A DNA stretch of 64,000 nt, from positions 1,116,001-1,180,000 of the forward strand of contig CATNEN010000002.1 in NCBI GenBank assembly GCA_950097015.1, read 5' to 3'. The notes under the pieces were generated by a model, which was given only the letters and a program-made list of their open reading frames with translations, ran no database searches and had not been told where the DNA came from. Positions within the stretch are counted from its first letter, which is position 1; each line of letters begins with the position of its first letter. Shown in pieces: positions 1-44,100 of this stretch. The position numbers and the translations under genes are program-made. This stretch comes from Macrostomum hystrix (lineage: Eukaryota; Animalia; Platyhelminthes).

Positions 1-29081
<29,081 letters not shown>

Positions 29082-29192
29082 GATTGACGGCACTGACCAA
29101 TTGGAGAGGACTGATGCGTTCCTGTGCTAAATATGCTAGCTATGAATAACTACTGATTTGCATGTCTATCTACCTATTCTGATCCTTCAGCA

Positions 29193-29685
29193 CTTCTCTC
29201 CCTCATCCTTCCAGTCTTCTCCCTCATCCTTCCAGTCTGCTCCCTCATCCTTCCAATCTTCTCCCTCATCCTTCCAGTCTTCTCCCTCATCATTCCAGTC
29301 TGCTCCCTCATCCTTCCAGTCTGCTCCCTCATCCTTCCAGTCTGCTCCCTCATCCTTCCAGTCTGCTCCCTCATCCTTCCAATCTTCTCCCTCATCCTTC
29401 CAGTCTGCTCCCTCATCCTTCCAATCTTCTCCCTCATCCCTCCAGTCTTCTCCCTCATCCTTCCAGTCTGCTCCCTCATCCTTCCAGTCTGCTCCCTCAT
29501 CCTTCCAATCTTCTCCCTCATCCTTCCAGTCTTCTCACTCATCCTTCCAGTCTACTCCCTCATCCTTCCAGTCTTCTCCCTCATCCTTCCAGTCTGCTCC
29601 CTCATCCTTCCAGTCTGCTCCCTCATCCTTCCAGTCTGCTCCCTCATCCTTCCAGTCTGCTCCCTCATCCTTCCAGTCTGCTCTT
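29193..29685. repeat. 21-bp minisatellite (TCCCTCATCCTTCCAGTCTGC)n just upstream of Cav1 exon 1
   Basis: Period 21; source of the SSFQSAP and MREKTGR pseudo-ORFs. Confidence 0.96.
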
Positions 29686-30299
29686 CTGATCTTTCAGCAG
29701 TCTAGAGAGCTGTCTCACAAGTTCAAAGAGAATGTACTTTTTCCTAAAGCCTAAATATGCCTACCAAAGATTTAGTAAATTACTGATTAGCATATTCGTG
29801 TCGGGTATCTAGTGTGAGAGGTCCATGTCCAGACCTCATATATTAAAAGTTAAATTCGTTATTCAGCAAGGCTAAAAGCTTCAATGTCTAAATTTGCCTC
29901 AATTAAATGTGACTCAACTTGGTCGAATGCAGGACCTTATCCCCAAAGCAAGATGAAACGGACTTGCCAACCTCCCAGAAACCATCTGGCATTTAAATTA
30001 TTGATTTCTGTGGGTTACAACCATTACAGCATTTTAGATAATTCTTTCCGTCTGAAATAACTAACTAAAAATAAGTCGGACAAAATTATATCTTAAATTA
30101 ACTTGAACGAAAATAGCTACAAGAAAAAGACAAAATGCTTGCTGCTTCTGGAGAAGAACCAGGCTAAGCCGCAAACCCGTCAGCTCAGTCTAAAAATAGC
30201 TACTATCGCTATGGGTTGCTCAGCGGCTCATTGCTTAAACCAACCCATACTAAAAGCCACTCCACACTTAACACACCTTACAAAAAATTCATTCTGCCA

Positions 30300-30570
30300 A
30301 CAAACTTACTCCGCAAACAACCTTACTCCGCCAACAACCTCACTCCGCTAACAACCTCACTCCGCCAACAACCTCACTCCGCTAACAACCTCACTCCGCC
30401 AACAACCTCACTCCGCTAACAACCTCACTCCGCTATAACAACCTCACTCCGCTAACAACCTCACTCCGCAAACAACCTCACTCCGCTAACAACCTCACTC
30501 CGCCAACAACCTCACTCCGCCAACAACCTCACTCCGCTAACAACCTCACTCCGCTAACAACTTTACTCAG
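30300..30570. repeat. 17-bp minisatellite (AACAACCTCACTCCGC[C/T])n
   Basis: Period 17. Confidence 0.95.
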
Positions 30571-33500
30571 CAACCATTGTTTAAAATTTAGCTGAAATCC
30601 AGATTTTTCCTTTTCGATCCATTGTTTAAATGAGGCTACTGGCAAATGGTCATCGGTCCAAAAGCCTGCCTAGCCATTTTCATATGAGAACACGTGTACT
30701 AATAGAGGCCTTATTTAATCAAGCCACGACTGCTGTGCGGAGAATAGTGACTCTATATTGACGGACACAAGTCCGCACTGCTCATTTCGCAGACTCTCAT
30801 GACTAAGCCCTCTTCGTGGCATGCTTCACTTGGCTGCAGGATATTGGGATTTCCAAATACTCCTCAGCCCTGCCACCTCTAAGTGTGGACTCGCAGCGTC
30901 CCGATGCCGCTTTGCTCAAGCCTCTGTCTGCTCAACCGCGTATGCAATATCAATTAACAGCACGATGCGGCCAGCTTGTGTCTTTCGCCTCGTGTTTGTC
31001 TCAGCGACAGTCGCACATTCAATTCGGCGTGCGAAATTACTGGCCCAGTGGCGACAGAATAGAATTGGGTGGGACAATGGCACGGACCACTGGCGCAGGG
31101 ACAGCTGAATCACTCGCTTCACGCCATCTGCGGTCTATTATCGACAACAGTAATCTACTCTCATAAATGCACTGCTTATAATATAATGTCCAATGTACAA
31201 TTTACAGTCTCCAGTCTCCAGGGGGCTTGTCTTACAACTTACGCCCTGGAGGGCTAACCCCTTCACAAGGGAAAATGAGCGTGTGCACATCCTGAAGATG
31301 AAAAAGTATGAAAGATGAAAGTCGATGGCCGCAGGTCTCCTGTCAACCAATATTCTGTCACTTCCACAACCCTCCAAGAAAAAAAGTCTATATTATGCTT
31401 GGAAAACGAATTCAAAATCTTAGTTTCGAAGTTCAAACGCTCGCATTGGTAAGTTGTGCGTCTCCATCAACTATTTAATAGTGAACTGTTGACATACTTA
31501 CGATGCTTATTCTTCCTAATAGATATAAAAATATGCAAATTGACATTTCCCTGGTGAGCAAGACACCCCTTCTCATCCCGCTCAACGGTGTAAAATTCTC
31601 TCATCATCGGAAAATCGACTAAAAATTTTTAAAGGAAAATCATATCTTAATTTTTATTTACACCTCATCACTTGTCTGTCGATTAAAACACCCTACTGAA
31701 AGTAGCACAGAAAGAAAAAATTAATGAAAAAGTCCTGCGTGGTTTCACAGGTAATGTAGCAGACACATTAATAGCTGCTGTTTACGAGTTACCGGAATTA
31801 TAATCTATGGCTGGCAAATTTCTGTTTCCTAAACGTAATATTTTACTCAAAGCTGACTGTTGTAGGAGTTGTCTGTCTGCCATCTCACCAAAAACCTCTT
31901 AACTAGCTGTCTGAACAAAGAATCCTCACTTAGCAAAGTCAGTCCCATTGTCACTAAATCAATCAATGCATTCTATTGTCTGTCGCACTTGGACAGCGGG
32001 TGAAGTTAAGGCGTACAATAGTACACAAAGCTTAGCGTAGCTTGCCTTGCCGAAATTCCAAATATATAATTTAAGCTACTTCATGCATGCACACAGGAGC
32101 AGACCAGCAGATCAGCTCAAATCAACTAAAGAACAGAGAGACCTACAACAGTGGAAATATCATAGAGAAGCGAAACGCCTAGATATCTGAGTCGATATAC
32201 ACCGAGAGAGGGGCCAGGGTGGGTCCGGATTCGGGAGCATCCATCACGGCCAGCGGGGTGACAAAGTTAATTAGATAAAGGGAAGGGAGGCCGCCCTGTC
32301 TGTAGCCGGCCATCCAGATATTAGAATTTTCCAACGCTACGACGGTCGAGTGGAACTGCGAAGCTGCGTGCAGGCTTAGTATATGGAACTAGCACCTTAG
32401 CCCCCCTTTCACAGTTGGTACTAATGCTGCAGCGTAGAGATTCAATAAACAGGCGGGCATACGGCCTTTTAAAGTGCACTATGAGCTGTTTCACTCTATG
32501 AATAGAGCAAAGGAATTTTAGATCTCAGCGAAAGAATATCTATTTATAGTGGCACGATCGACACGTTTCTAAAGCCTTTATGCCCAATTATTAGCCATGG
32601 AATGAATGATAGAACCATCATCAAACAGTTTGCCATCTGTTTTAACGTGTCCAAATTTCAGGTCTACGTGTAGACATGCGAGTGAGTACTGGGGTGGGTG
32701 GGAGAGGTTGTTGTGCATTTCCTAGAAAACGTACCGAACGCCTCCGCGGCCTCCAGTCAAGTATTGATGAGCAGAAGTGGCATCAAGCTTCACTGCTGTC
32801 AGCTGCACGCAGATCACTAGCTCTAGTACGGCAATTTAAAGCCAGATGCTATGTTTTTGGGAAATCGCTGTCATCCATCTGAATCCATTATGCGAGAAGG
32901 AAATGTCGCTTTTCCGAAATCTGTTTTCGTGTTACATTTCACTGCACTCGATTCGTGATTTTTAAAAAGGCCGTCTGACGGATTCCGATGCGAGCGTGAA
33001 CCCCTGATGGGTAGGAATAATTCTGTTTGATTCCGAGAAACGAGACACCTGAAGCATGAAATTCCTAAATTAAAATGAGAACCTGTCCTAAGCTGGGGTC
33101 ACGAAAATGAGTAGAAAATTTTCTTCAAATCCGACGCAGCGTTGAGCTCACTTATAGATAGCAAGACGTTATTTAATATATTGATATTATTGATTTTCGA
33201 CAGTTGAATGACAAGTAACCGTTGCAAGAAATTATTTATCAGATCGGGATTCATAATGTAATTATAAGGTAAGAATTCTGTTTACATTTGTGCTGCACAT
33301 ATCCGCAATTTATAAGTCCGTACTGTCTGCACTGTTTGCCTTGGGTTTCCGTGTAAGCTTTCATCTTTTTCACCTAGGTTGGTTCCAGCCTTGGGGTTCA
33401 TATCGCGGCCAATGCGACTGCTTGCGCTTCACTGGCCAAAGGTTGCAGCTGTTTGCAATAAGAAGCCCCAGGCAGATAAGATGGGGCTAGACTTAAGGAG

Positions 33501-36189
33501 GCTGCTTTTAGCCTCTTAGGCATATAATATCAACGGCTTATAAATGCTGAAGGAATAATCAGTCAATATACATTCTCTATTAGCATATAAAGTTATAAAC
33601 TCACTGAAATCTAAATTGGCCTAGCCTGTGTTCAACTTGAAAAAATAAATTTCATCAAAATATTGTAGGTATTTTTCCGAGCAACAAACAATGAGAACGG
33701 AGGACTAAGCTGAAAAGTACAGGTAAAAGTTGAATAATAGAGAGAGAGTTGGCTGTTGGAGTTAGCCAGAAGGTCAATGAGAGTACAGCTGAAATTACTC
33801 TGGAGACTCGTGTTTTCAATTTACGCTTTCGTAATGTTTACTAAAATATAGCTGCTCCAGCAGCTGTCGCAGCTAAGTGCCGTGTTCCCACGAGTCTATA
33901 GTTGAGCAGCTGATGTTGCTTGAGGCTAGTGAGCCTACTCATAGACATTCAGCACTACCATGGAGCTAACAATTGAAGAGAGAAATGCAAAAACATTTCC
34001 TTGGGATTTGCACACTTTCCCTCTTTATGAAGGTCGCAATGGCATACAAGCGTACTAAAGAAAAGGTAATGAATTTGGTAATGAATTTACTCAAATAACA
34101 GCTTTGAGTAAAGCAGTTTTTTAACATGGAATGTCTATCTAATAATAGAAGTTGTATAATTACCTATTACTGTACACCGAAATAAAGACTTATTAGCAAA
34201 GTATCAGCCCCAAAGCCTCAGTCAGTGACTAGCTAACTGGTTGTGTTTTTCGATTCCTAGTCGTGCTTGCGCACTTAGTGTGTGTCCTGAGTCACTCAGT
34301 TTCAGAGACTTTTCCCGGTGCAAAAAACTGACGAGGGGAGGTGGGTGTGGACTGGGTTAGAAAAGTTGAGGCGACAGTCAAGCGAGGTCAGAAATCCTGA
34401 AATTCAGTCAAAGAAAAGGGTTGGGACGTAAAGGCATAGACTGGAGCATTGTCTAGCACGCGCAGAGCACTCCACATTGCCATGAGGCCTTCATAAAAAG
34501 CCAGCAGGAATAAAAGGCTTCACTAGAGGGGGGATTGACGCTCTAAAAAAATTACGAGGCTCACTCTCAGCTAAACCGTTCTGAAAAAAATGTCTCTTCA
34601 CAAGCCAGCAGTTCATTCTTTCAAGCCAGCAAGCTTTAGGAGCTAGCCTACCCTGGCCCAGCAACAGCATGACAGGGCAGCGTACCACCCGCAACTGACT
34701 CGAGTCAATAGGACCCACGCCCATAAATTTTCTGCAACGTGAATTCAAGAACGCATTGTCGATGCGGTGCGTCGATTGTCATTCGAAATGCCGCGTTGAC
34801 GCGTACGCCCGTCCTCTGAAACTGAAAACTCTGAAAACTCTGCTTGCCGTTGGTTGTACTTTACCAACACTGACAAAGATGAAGTGGAAATTCTTTTCAA
34901 AATTGAAAATAATTCAACAGAATTGAATTCGAGAAGCTAAACAATGCGAGCAGACGTGTCTTTTAGCGGCTCCGATGCCAATGGCTTCATCTCAACAACA
35001 TGGTAGCACAAGAAAGGACGCAGCAGCTGTTGCTGCACTGGGAATTTTTCTAGAAAATGACCTTTTCACCAAGCTGCTGTGGCACTGGGACAGAGCACTG
35101 CCGAAAATTCCTATATAGATGCATCACGGTGCAAATTTTAGGCTAGCAAAACAGACTTCGTAGATGTAGGTCCTTGCGTGCCGCGATTGGTCGGTGACTA
35201 TCGATGCAAACCGAATGTCACTCTGTGGCCATAAAGCCATGCTAATAGCTGCTTTGGGTACTAATGGCGCATCATTGGACGAAATTAGACTAAAACGTCC
35301 ACGCGAACAATGCATAACAATGTCGGGCTGAGACAGCTCCACCTGGGTAGTTCTCTGCACCAGCTAATGCTAATGTTTTCAATTTTTCAGCTAGGAAAAC
35401 GAAAGCAAAATAATTGCTTTTCTGAATTCTGGGAATCGAACTCACGGCCTTCATCTTGGTAAGTACGAAAATACACTACTAAATGGGGGGTGATTTCTTG
35501 GTTCATGACCAATAAAAATCGATCAAACATCCTGAGAGGCTTCTCAATGTCTGTGGATAGGGTACTCACGGCATGGGATTTGAGCAGACGTCGCATTGCA
35601 AAAAAATGCTCAAACGTCCGGCAGCAGTGAGAAGGAAGTGGAGAGGGCGGGTGAGGAGGGATGAGGGCTAGCTTTGAGCACAGGACTCTGGGGATACTCA
35701 GGTGGCCCTGGAAATCACAGCCGGCGGAACTCAAAGCCTTGAGCTCTTAATTTAATCAGCTGAGATAAAAATGAACTCAAAACCCCCTGGCCGGGCAGGC
35801 TGGGACCTTGAGGCAGCCCGTGTGTTTTCGGCAATCCGCATCCAGCAAAGTGTCTGGTCCCCACCCCACAGAAGCCCCAGAAAGGAGGTTTCACCCATCA
35901 CGGGTCGAGTAATTCCTCCCTCCTCTGGGGACGAGTAAAGAAACAGCTGAGTTGATGAAAAATTGTGCATATTGTGAGGAATGTGTGATGTAGAAGTGAG
36001 TGATTAAAGCCGTTAGTGGTTCGAATCTCATGGTCATGTAATGTGGGCGAGAGTGCAAAGTAGTGTAGGAAATATTAAACTAATAAAAATTTAAGAAATT
36101 TTGTTTAATTAGACCGAAAGTAAAAATAGACAATGACAGCTATCCAATGGCAGTAAAACCTGAAGTTCGTGCTGCACTTGCCGCGATTG

Positions 36190-37597
36190 TGGCAGAGAGT
36201 GACAAAGTGGCAGAGTGACAGAGTAACAGAGTGGCAGAGTGGCAGAGTGGCAGAGTGGTAGAGTGGCAGAGTGGCAGAGTGACAGAGTGGCAGAGTGGCA
36301 GAGTGACAGAGTGGCAGAGTGGGGCAGAGAGTGGTAGAGTGGCAGAGTGGCAGAGTGACAGAGTGGCAGAGTGGCAGAGTGGCAGAGTGACAGAGTGGCA
36401 GAGTGACAGAGTAACAGAGTGGCAGAGTGGCAGAGTGACAGAGTGGCAGAGTGGGGCAGAGAGTGGTAGAGTGGCAGAGTGGGGCAGAGAGTGGCAGAGT
36501 GGCAGAGTGACAGAGTGGCAGAGTGGGGCAGAGAGTGGCAGAGTGGCAGAGTGGCAGAGAGTGGCAGAATGGCAGAGAGTGGCAGAGTGGCAGAGTGACA
36601 GAGTGGCAGAGTGGGGCAGAGAGTGGTAGAGTGGCAGAGTGGGGCAGAGAGTGGCAGAGTGGCAGAGTGACAGAGTGGCAGAGTGGGGCAGAGAGTGGCA
36701 GAGTGGCAGAGTGGCAGAGAGTGGCAGAATGGCAGAGAGTGGCAGAGTGGCAGAGTGGCAGAGTGGCAGAGTGGCAGAGTGGCAGGGTGGCAGAGTGGCA
36801 GAGTGGCAGAGTGGCAGGGTGGCAGAGTGGCAGAGTGGCAGGGTGGCAGAGTGGCAGAGTGGCAGAGTGGCAGAGTGGCAGAGTGGCAGAGTGGCAGGGT
36901 GGCAGAGTGGCAGGGTGGCAGAGAGTGGCAGAGTGGCAGAGTGGCAGGGTGGCAGAGTGGCAGAGTGGCAGAGTGGCAGGGTGGCAGAGTGGCAGAGTGG
37001 CAGGGTGGCAGAGTGGCAGAGTGGCAGGGTGGCAGAGTGGCAGGGTGACAGGGTGGCAGAGTGGCAGGGTGGCAGGGTGGCAGAGTGGCAGAGTGGCAGG
37101 GTGGCAGAGTGGCAGAGTGGCAGGGTGGCAGAGTGGCAGAGTGACAGAGTGGCAGAGTGGCAGAGTGGCAGAGTGGCAGGGTGGCAGAGTGGCAGGGTGG
37201 CAGAGAGTGGCAGAGTGGCAGAGTGGCAGGGTGGCAGAGTGGCAGAGTGGCAGAGTGGCAGGGTGGCAGAGTGGCAGAGTGGCAGGGTGGCAGAGTGGCA
37301 GAGTGGCAGGTTGGCAGAGTGGCAGGGTGACAGGGTGGCAGAGTGGCAGGGTGGCAGAGTGGCAGGGTGACAGGGTGGCAGAGTGGCAGGGTGGCAGAGT
37401 GGCAGAGTGGCAGAGTGGCAGGGTGGCAGAGTGGCAGAGTGGCAGGGTGGCAGAGTGGCAGAGTGGCAGGTTGGCAGAGTGGCAGGGTGACAGGGTGGCA
37501 GAGTGGCAGAGTGGCAGAGTGGCAGGTTGGCAGAGTGGCAGGGTGACAGGGTGGCAGAGTGGCAGGGTGGCAGGGTGGCAGAGTGGCAGAGTGGCGG
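36190..37597. repeat. 8-bp G-rich minisatellite (GGCAGAGT)n
   Basis: Period 8 with GGCAGGGT and GACAGAGT variants. Confidence 0.97.
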
Positions 37598-38105
37598 AGC
37601 GTGACGGGTAATAGTGCAGGTCATTGGGACCCAAATGTCGATGCCAAATCCAGCAGCAGGTTAGCATATATGTATAGTTGCATTTCCGTTGCTAAGTATT
37701 CTACTTAGGGTCCTTATCTCTCCTATTGCCTGAACCTGACCGTTCACACGTTATCAGTAATTTTTTTCGCTAAAATTCAAAGCACAGGTGGGTTAGATCG
37801 CAGTTTATTCCCACGAGTTTTGCATTCAAAGATAACCAACTTAGAATCTCGAGTTCTAACTCAAAATCTAAGGCGATACTTTAAATACTTTCAAATCGAA
37901 CCATTTTACTCGCGATTGAGTGATTGGTGCAGTGATTTGTATAAAAAGAGTTCTGTCTTTGACAGACGAACATGTCCAAGTGGACTTCGAAAAAATGGGA
38001 TTGTTGATTTATCTCCTAATCGGAGATAAAACCGACAGAGATTTCGTCCTAACAATTTCGTCCACTTGAGTACCTACTATTCAAGAAGAATGATAATGCA
38101 ATTTT

Positions 38106-41100
38106 ACAATGGATTGCTAATCTATACTGTCACTGAAGGAATACAATGGATTGCTAATCTATACTGTCACTGAAGGAATACAATGGATTGCTAATCTATA
38201 CTGTCACTGAAGGAATACAATGGATTGCTAATCTATACTGTCACTGAAGGAATACAATGGATTGCTAATCTATACTGTCACTGAAGGAATACAATGGATT
38301 GCTAATCTATACTGTCACTGAAGGAATACAATGGATTGCTAATCTATACTGTCACTGAAGGAATACAATGGATTGCTAATCTATACTGTCACTGAAGGAA
38401 TACAATGGATTGCTAATCTATACTGTCACTGAAGGAATACAATGGATTGCTAATCTATACTGTCACTGAAGGAATACAATGGATTGCTAATCTATACTGT
38501 CACTGAAGGAATACAATGGATTGCTAATCTATACTGTCACTGAAGGAATACAATGGATTGCTAATCTATACTGTCACTGAAGGAATACAATGGATTGCTA
38601 ATCTATACTGTCACTGAAGGAATACAATGGATTGCTAATCTATACTGTCACTGAAGGAATACAATGGATTGCTAATCTATACTGTCACTGAAGGAATACA
38701 ATGGATTGCTAATCTATACTGTCACTGAAGGAATACAATGGATTGCTAATCTATACTGTCACTGAAGGAATACAATGGATTGCTAATCTATACTGTCACT
38801 GATGGAATACATTGGATTGCTAATCTATACTGTCACTGAAGGAATACAATGGATTGCTAATCTATCCTGTCACTGAAGGAATACAATGGATTGCTAATCT
38901 ATCCTGTCACTGAAGGAATACAATGGATTGCTAATCTATACTGTCACTGAAGGAATACAATGGATTGCTAATCTATACTGTCACTGAAGGAATACAATGG
39001 ATTGCTAATCTATACTGTCACTGAAGGAATACAATGGATTGCTAATCTATACTGTCACTGAAGGAATACAATGGATTGCTAATCTATACTGTCACTGAAG
39101 GAATACAATGGATTGCTAATCTATACTGTCACTGAAGGAATACAATGGATTGCTAATCTATACTGTCACTGATGGAATACAATGGATTGCTAATCTATAC
39201 TGTCACTGAAGGAATACAATGGATTGCTAATCTATACTGTCACTGAAGGAATACAATGGATTGCTAATCTATACTGTCACTGAAGGAATACAATGGATTG
39301 CTAATCTATACTGTCACTGATGGAATACATTGGATTGCTAATCTATACTGTCACTGAAGGAATACAATGGATTGCTAATCTATCCTGTCACTGAAGGAAT
39401 ACAATGGATTGCTAATCTATCCTGTCACTGAAGGAATACAATGGATTGCTAATCTATACTGTCACTGAAGGAATACAATGGATTGCTAATCTATACTGTC
39501 ACTGAAGGAATACAATGGATTGCTAATCTATACTGTCACTGAAGGAATACAATGGATTGCTAATCTATACTGTCACTGAAGGAATACAATGGATTGCTAA
39601 TCTATACTGTCACTGAAGGAATACAATGGATTGCTAATCTATACTGTCACTGAAGGAATACAATGGATTGCTAATCTATACTGTCACTGAAGGAGTACAA
39701 TGGATTGCTAATCTATACTGTCACTGAAGGAATACAATGGATTGCTAATCTATACTGTCACTGATGGAATACAATGGATTGCTAATCTATACTGTCACTG
39801 AAGGAATACAATGGATTGCTAATCTATACTGTCACTGAAGGAATACAATGGATTGCTAATCTATACTGTCACTGATGGAATACATTGGATTGCTAATCTA
39901 TACTGTCACTGAAGGAATACAATGGATTGCTAATCTATCCTGTCACTGAAGGAATACAATGGATTGCTAATCTATCCTGTCACTGAAGGAATACAATGGA
40001 TTGCTAATCTATACTGTCACTGAAGGAATACAATGGATTGCTAATCTATACTGTCACTGAAGGAATACAATGGATTGCTAATCTATACTGTCACTGAAGG
40101 AATACAATGGATTGCTAATCTATACTGTCACTGAAGGAATACAATGGATTGCTAATCTATACTGTCACTGAAGGAATACAATGGATTGCTAATCTATACT
40201 GTCACTGAAGGAATACAATGGATTGCTAATCTATACTGTCACTGATGGAATACAATGGATTGCTAATCTATACTGTCACTGAAGGAATACAATGGATTGC
40301 TAATCTATACTGTCACTGAAGGAATACAATGGATTGCTAATCTATACTGTCACTGAAGGAATACAATGGATTGCTAATCTATACTGTCACTGAAGGAATA
40401 CAATGGATTGCTAATCTATACTGTCACTGAAGGAATACAATGGATTGCTAATCTATACTGTCACTGAAGGAATACAATGGATTGCTAATCTATACTGTCA
40501 CTGAAGGAATACAATGGATTGCTAATCTATACTGTCACTGAAGGAATACAATGGATTGCTAATCTATACTGTCACTGAAGGAATACAATGGATTGCTAAT
40601 CTATACTGTCACTGAAGGAATACAATGGATTGCTAATCTATACTGTCACTGAAGGAATACAATGGATTGCTAATCTATACTGTCACTGAAGGAATACAAT
40701 GGATTGCTAATCTATACTGTCACTGAAGGAATACAATGGATTGCTAATCTATACTGTCACTGAAAGAATACAATGGATTGCTAATCTATACTGTCACTGA
40801 AGGAATACAATGGATTGCTAATCTATACTGTCACTGAAGGAATACAATGGATTGCTAATCTATACTGTCACTGAAGGAATACAATGGATTGCTAATCTAT
40901 ACTGTCACTGATGGAATACAATGGATTGCTAATCTATACTGTCACTGAAGGAATACAATGGATTGCTAATCTATACTGTCACTGAAGGAATACAATGGAT
41001 TGCTAATCTATACTGTCACTGAAGGAATACAATGGATTGCTAATCTATACTGTCACTGATGGAATACATTGGATTGCTAATCTATACTGTCACTGAAGGA

Positions 41101-44100
41101 ATACAATGGATTGCTAATCTATCCTGTCACTGAAGGAATACAATGGATTGCTAATCTATCCTGTCACTGAAGGAATACAATGGATTGCTAATCTATACTG
41201 TCACTGAAGGAATACAATGGATTGCTAATCTATACTGTCACTGAAGGAATACAATGGATTGCTAATCTATACTGTCACTGAAGGAATACAATGGATTGCT
41301 AATCTATACTGTCACTGAAGGAATACAATGGATTGCTAATCTATACTGTCACTGAAGGAATACAATGGATTGCTAATCTATACTGTCACTGAAGGAATAC
41401 AATGGATTGCTAATCTATACTGTCACTGATGGAATACAATGGATTGCTAATCTATACTGTCACTGAAGGAATACAATGGATTGCTAATCTATACTGTCAC
41501 TGAAGGAATACAATGGATTGCTAATCTATACTGTCACTGAAGGAATACAATGGATTGCTAATCTATACTGTCACTGAAGGAATACAATGGATTGCTAATC
41601 TATACTGTCACTGAAGGAATACAATGGATTGCTAATCTATACTGTCACTGAAGGAATACAATGGATTGCTAATCTATACTGTCACTGAAGGAATACAATG
41701 GATTGCTAATCTATACTGTCACTGAAGGAATACAATGGATTGCTAATCTATACTGTCACTGAAGGAATACAATGGATTGCTAATCTATACTGTCACTGAA
41801 GGAATACAATGGATTGCTAATCTATACTGTCACTGAAGGAATACAATGGATTGCTAATCTATACTGTCACTGAAGGAATACAATGGATTGCTAATCTATA
41901 CTGTCACTGAAGGAATACAATGGATTGCTAATCTATACTGTCACTGAAGGAATACAATGGATTGCTAATCTATACTGTCACTGAAGGAATACAATGGATT
42001 GCTAATCTATACTGTCACTGATGGAATACATTGGATTGCTAATCTATACTGTCACTGAAGGAATACAATGGATTGCTAATCTATCCTGTCACTGAAGGAA
42101 TACAATGGATTGCTAATCTATCCTGTCACTGAAGGAATACAATGGATTGCTAATCTATACTGTCACTGAAGGAATACAATGGATTGCTAATCTATACTGT
42201 CACTGAAGGAATACAATGGATTGCTAATCTATACTGTCACTGAAGGAATACAATGGATTGCTAATCTATACTGTCACTGAAGGAATACAATGGATTGCTA
42301 ATCTATACTGTCACTGAAGGAATACAATGGATTGCTAATCTATACTGTCACTGAAGGAATACAATGGATTGCTAATCTATACTGTCACTGATGGAATACA
42401 ATGGATTGCTAATCTATACTGTCACTGAAGGAATACAATGGATTGCTAATCTATACTGTCACTGAAGGAATACAATGGATTGCTAATCTATACTGTCACT
42501 GAAGGAATACAATGGATTGCTAATCTATACTGTCACTGATGGAATACATTGGATTGCTAATCTATACTGTCACTGAAGGAATACAATGGATTGCTAATCT
42601 ATCCTGTCACTGAAGGAATACAATGGATTGCTAATCTATCCTGTCACTGAAGGAATACAATGGATTGCTAATCTATACTGTCACTGAAGGAATACAATGG
42701 ATTGCTAATCTATACTGTCACTGAAGGAATACAATGGATTGCTAATCTATACTGTCACTGAAGGAATACAATGGATTGCTAATCTATACTGTCACTGAAG
42801 GAATACAATGGATTGCTAATCTATACTGTCACTGAAGGAATACAATGGATTGCTAATCTATACTGTCACTGAAGGAATACAATGGATTGCTAATCTATAC
42901 TGTCACTGAAGGAGTACAATGGATTGCTAATCTATACTGTCACTGAAGGAATACAATGGATTGCTAATCTATACTGTCACTGATGGAATACAATGGATTG
43001 CTAATCTATACTGTCACTGAAGGAATACAATGGATTGCTAATCTATACTGTCACTGAAGGAATACAATGGATTGCTAATCTATACTGTCACTGATGGAAT
43101 ACATTGGATTGCTAATCTATACTGTCACTGAAGGAATACAATGGATTGCTAATCTATCCTGTCACTGAAGGAATACAATGGATTGCTAATCTATCCTGTC
43201 ACTGAAGGAATACAATGGATTGCTAATCTATACTGTCACTGAAGGAATACAATGGATTGCTAATCTATACTGTCACTGAAGGAATACAATGGATTGCTAA
43301 TCTATACTGTCACTGAAGGAATACAATGGATTGCTAATCTATACTGTCACTGAAGGAATACAATGGATTGCTAATCTATACTGTCACTGAAGGAATACAA
43401 TGGATTGCTAATCTATACTGTCACTGAAGGAATACAATGGATTGCTAATCTATACTGTCACTGATGGAATACAATGGATTGCTAATCTATACTGTCACTG
43501 AAGGAATACAATGGATTGCTAATCTATACTGTCACTGAAGGAATACAATGGATTGCTAATCTATACTGTCACTGAAGGAATACAATGGATTGCTAATCTA
43601 TACTGTCACTGAAGGAATACAATGGATTGCTAATCTATACTGTCACTGAAGGAATACAATGGATTGCTAATCTATACTGTCACTGAAGGAATACAATGGA
43701 TTGCTAATCTATACTGTCACTGAAGGAATACAATGGATTGCTAATCTATACTGTCACTGAAGGAATACAATGGATTGCTAATCTATACTGTCACTGAAGG
43801 AATACAATGGATTGCTAATCTATACTGTCACTGAAGGAATACAATGGATTGCTAATCTATACTGTCACTGAAGGAATACAATGGATTGCTAATCTATACT
43901 GTCACTGAAGGAATACAATGGATTGCTAATCTATACTGTCACTGAAGGAATACAATGGATTGCTAATCTATACTGTCACTGAAAGAATACAATGGATTGC
44001 TAATCTATACTGTCACTGAAGGAATACAATGGATTGCTAATCTATACTGTCACTGAAGGAATACAATGGATTGCTAATCTATACTGTCACTGAAGGAATA

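Noticed and set aside
32203-32313. Possible upstream coding exon of Cav1 (MAGYRQGG...MDAPESGPTLALS) with a phase-2 end matching the 29121 acceptor
   Set aside because: Weak donor (GTGTAT) and no recognisable homology; cannot be supported without cDNA
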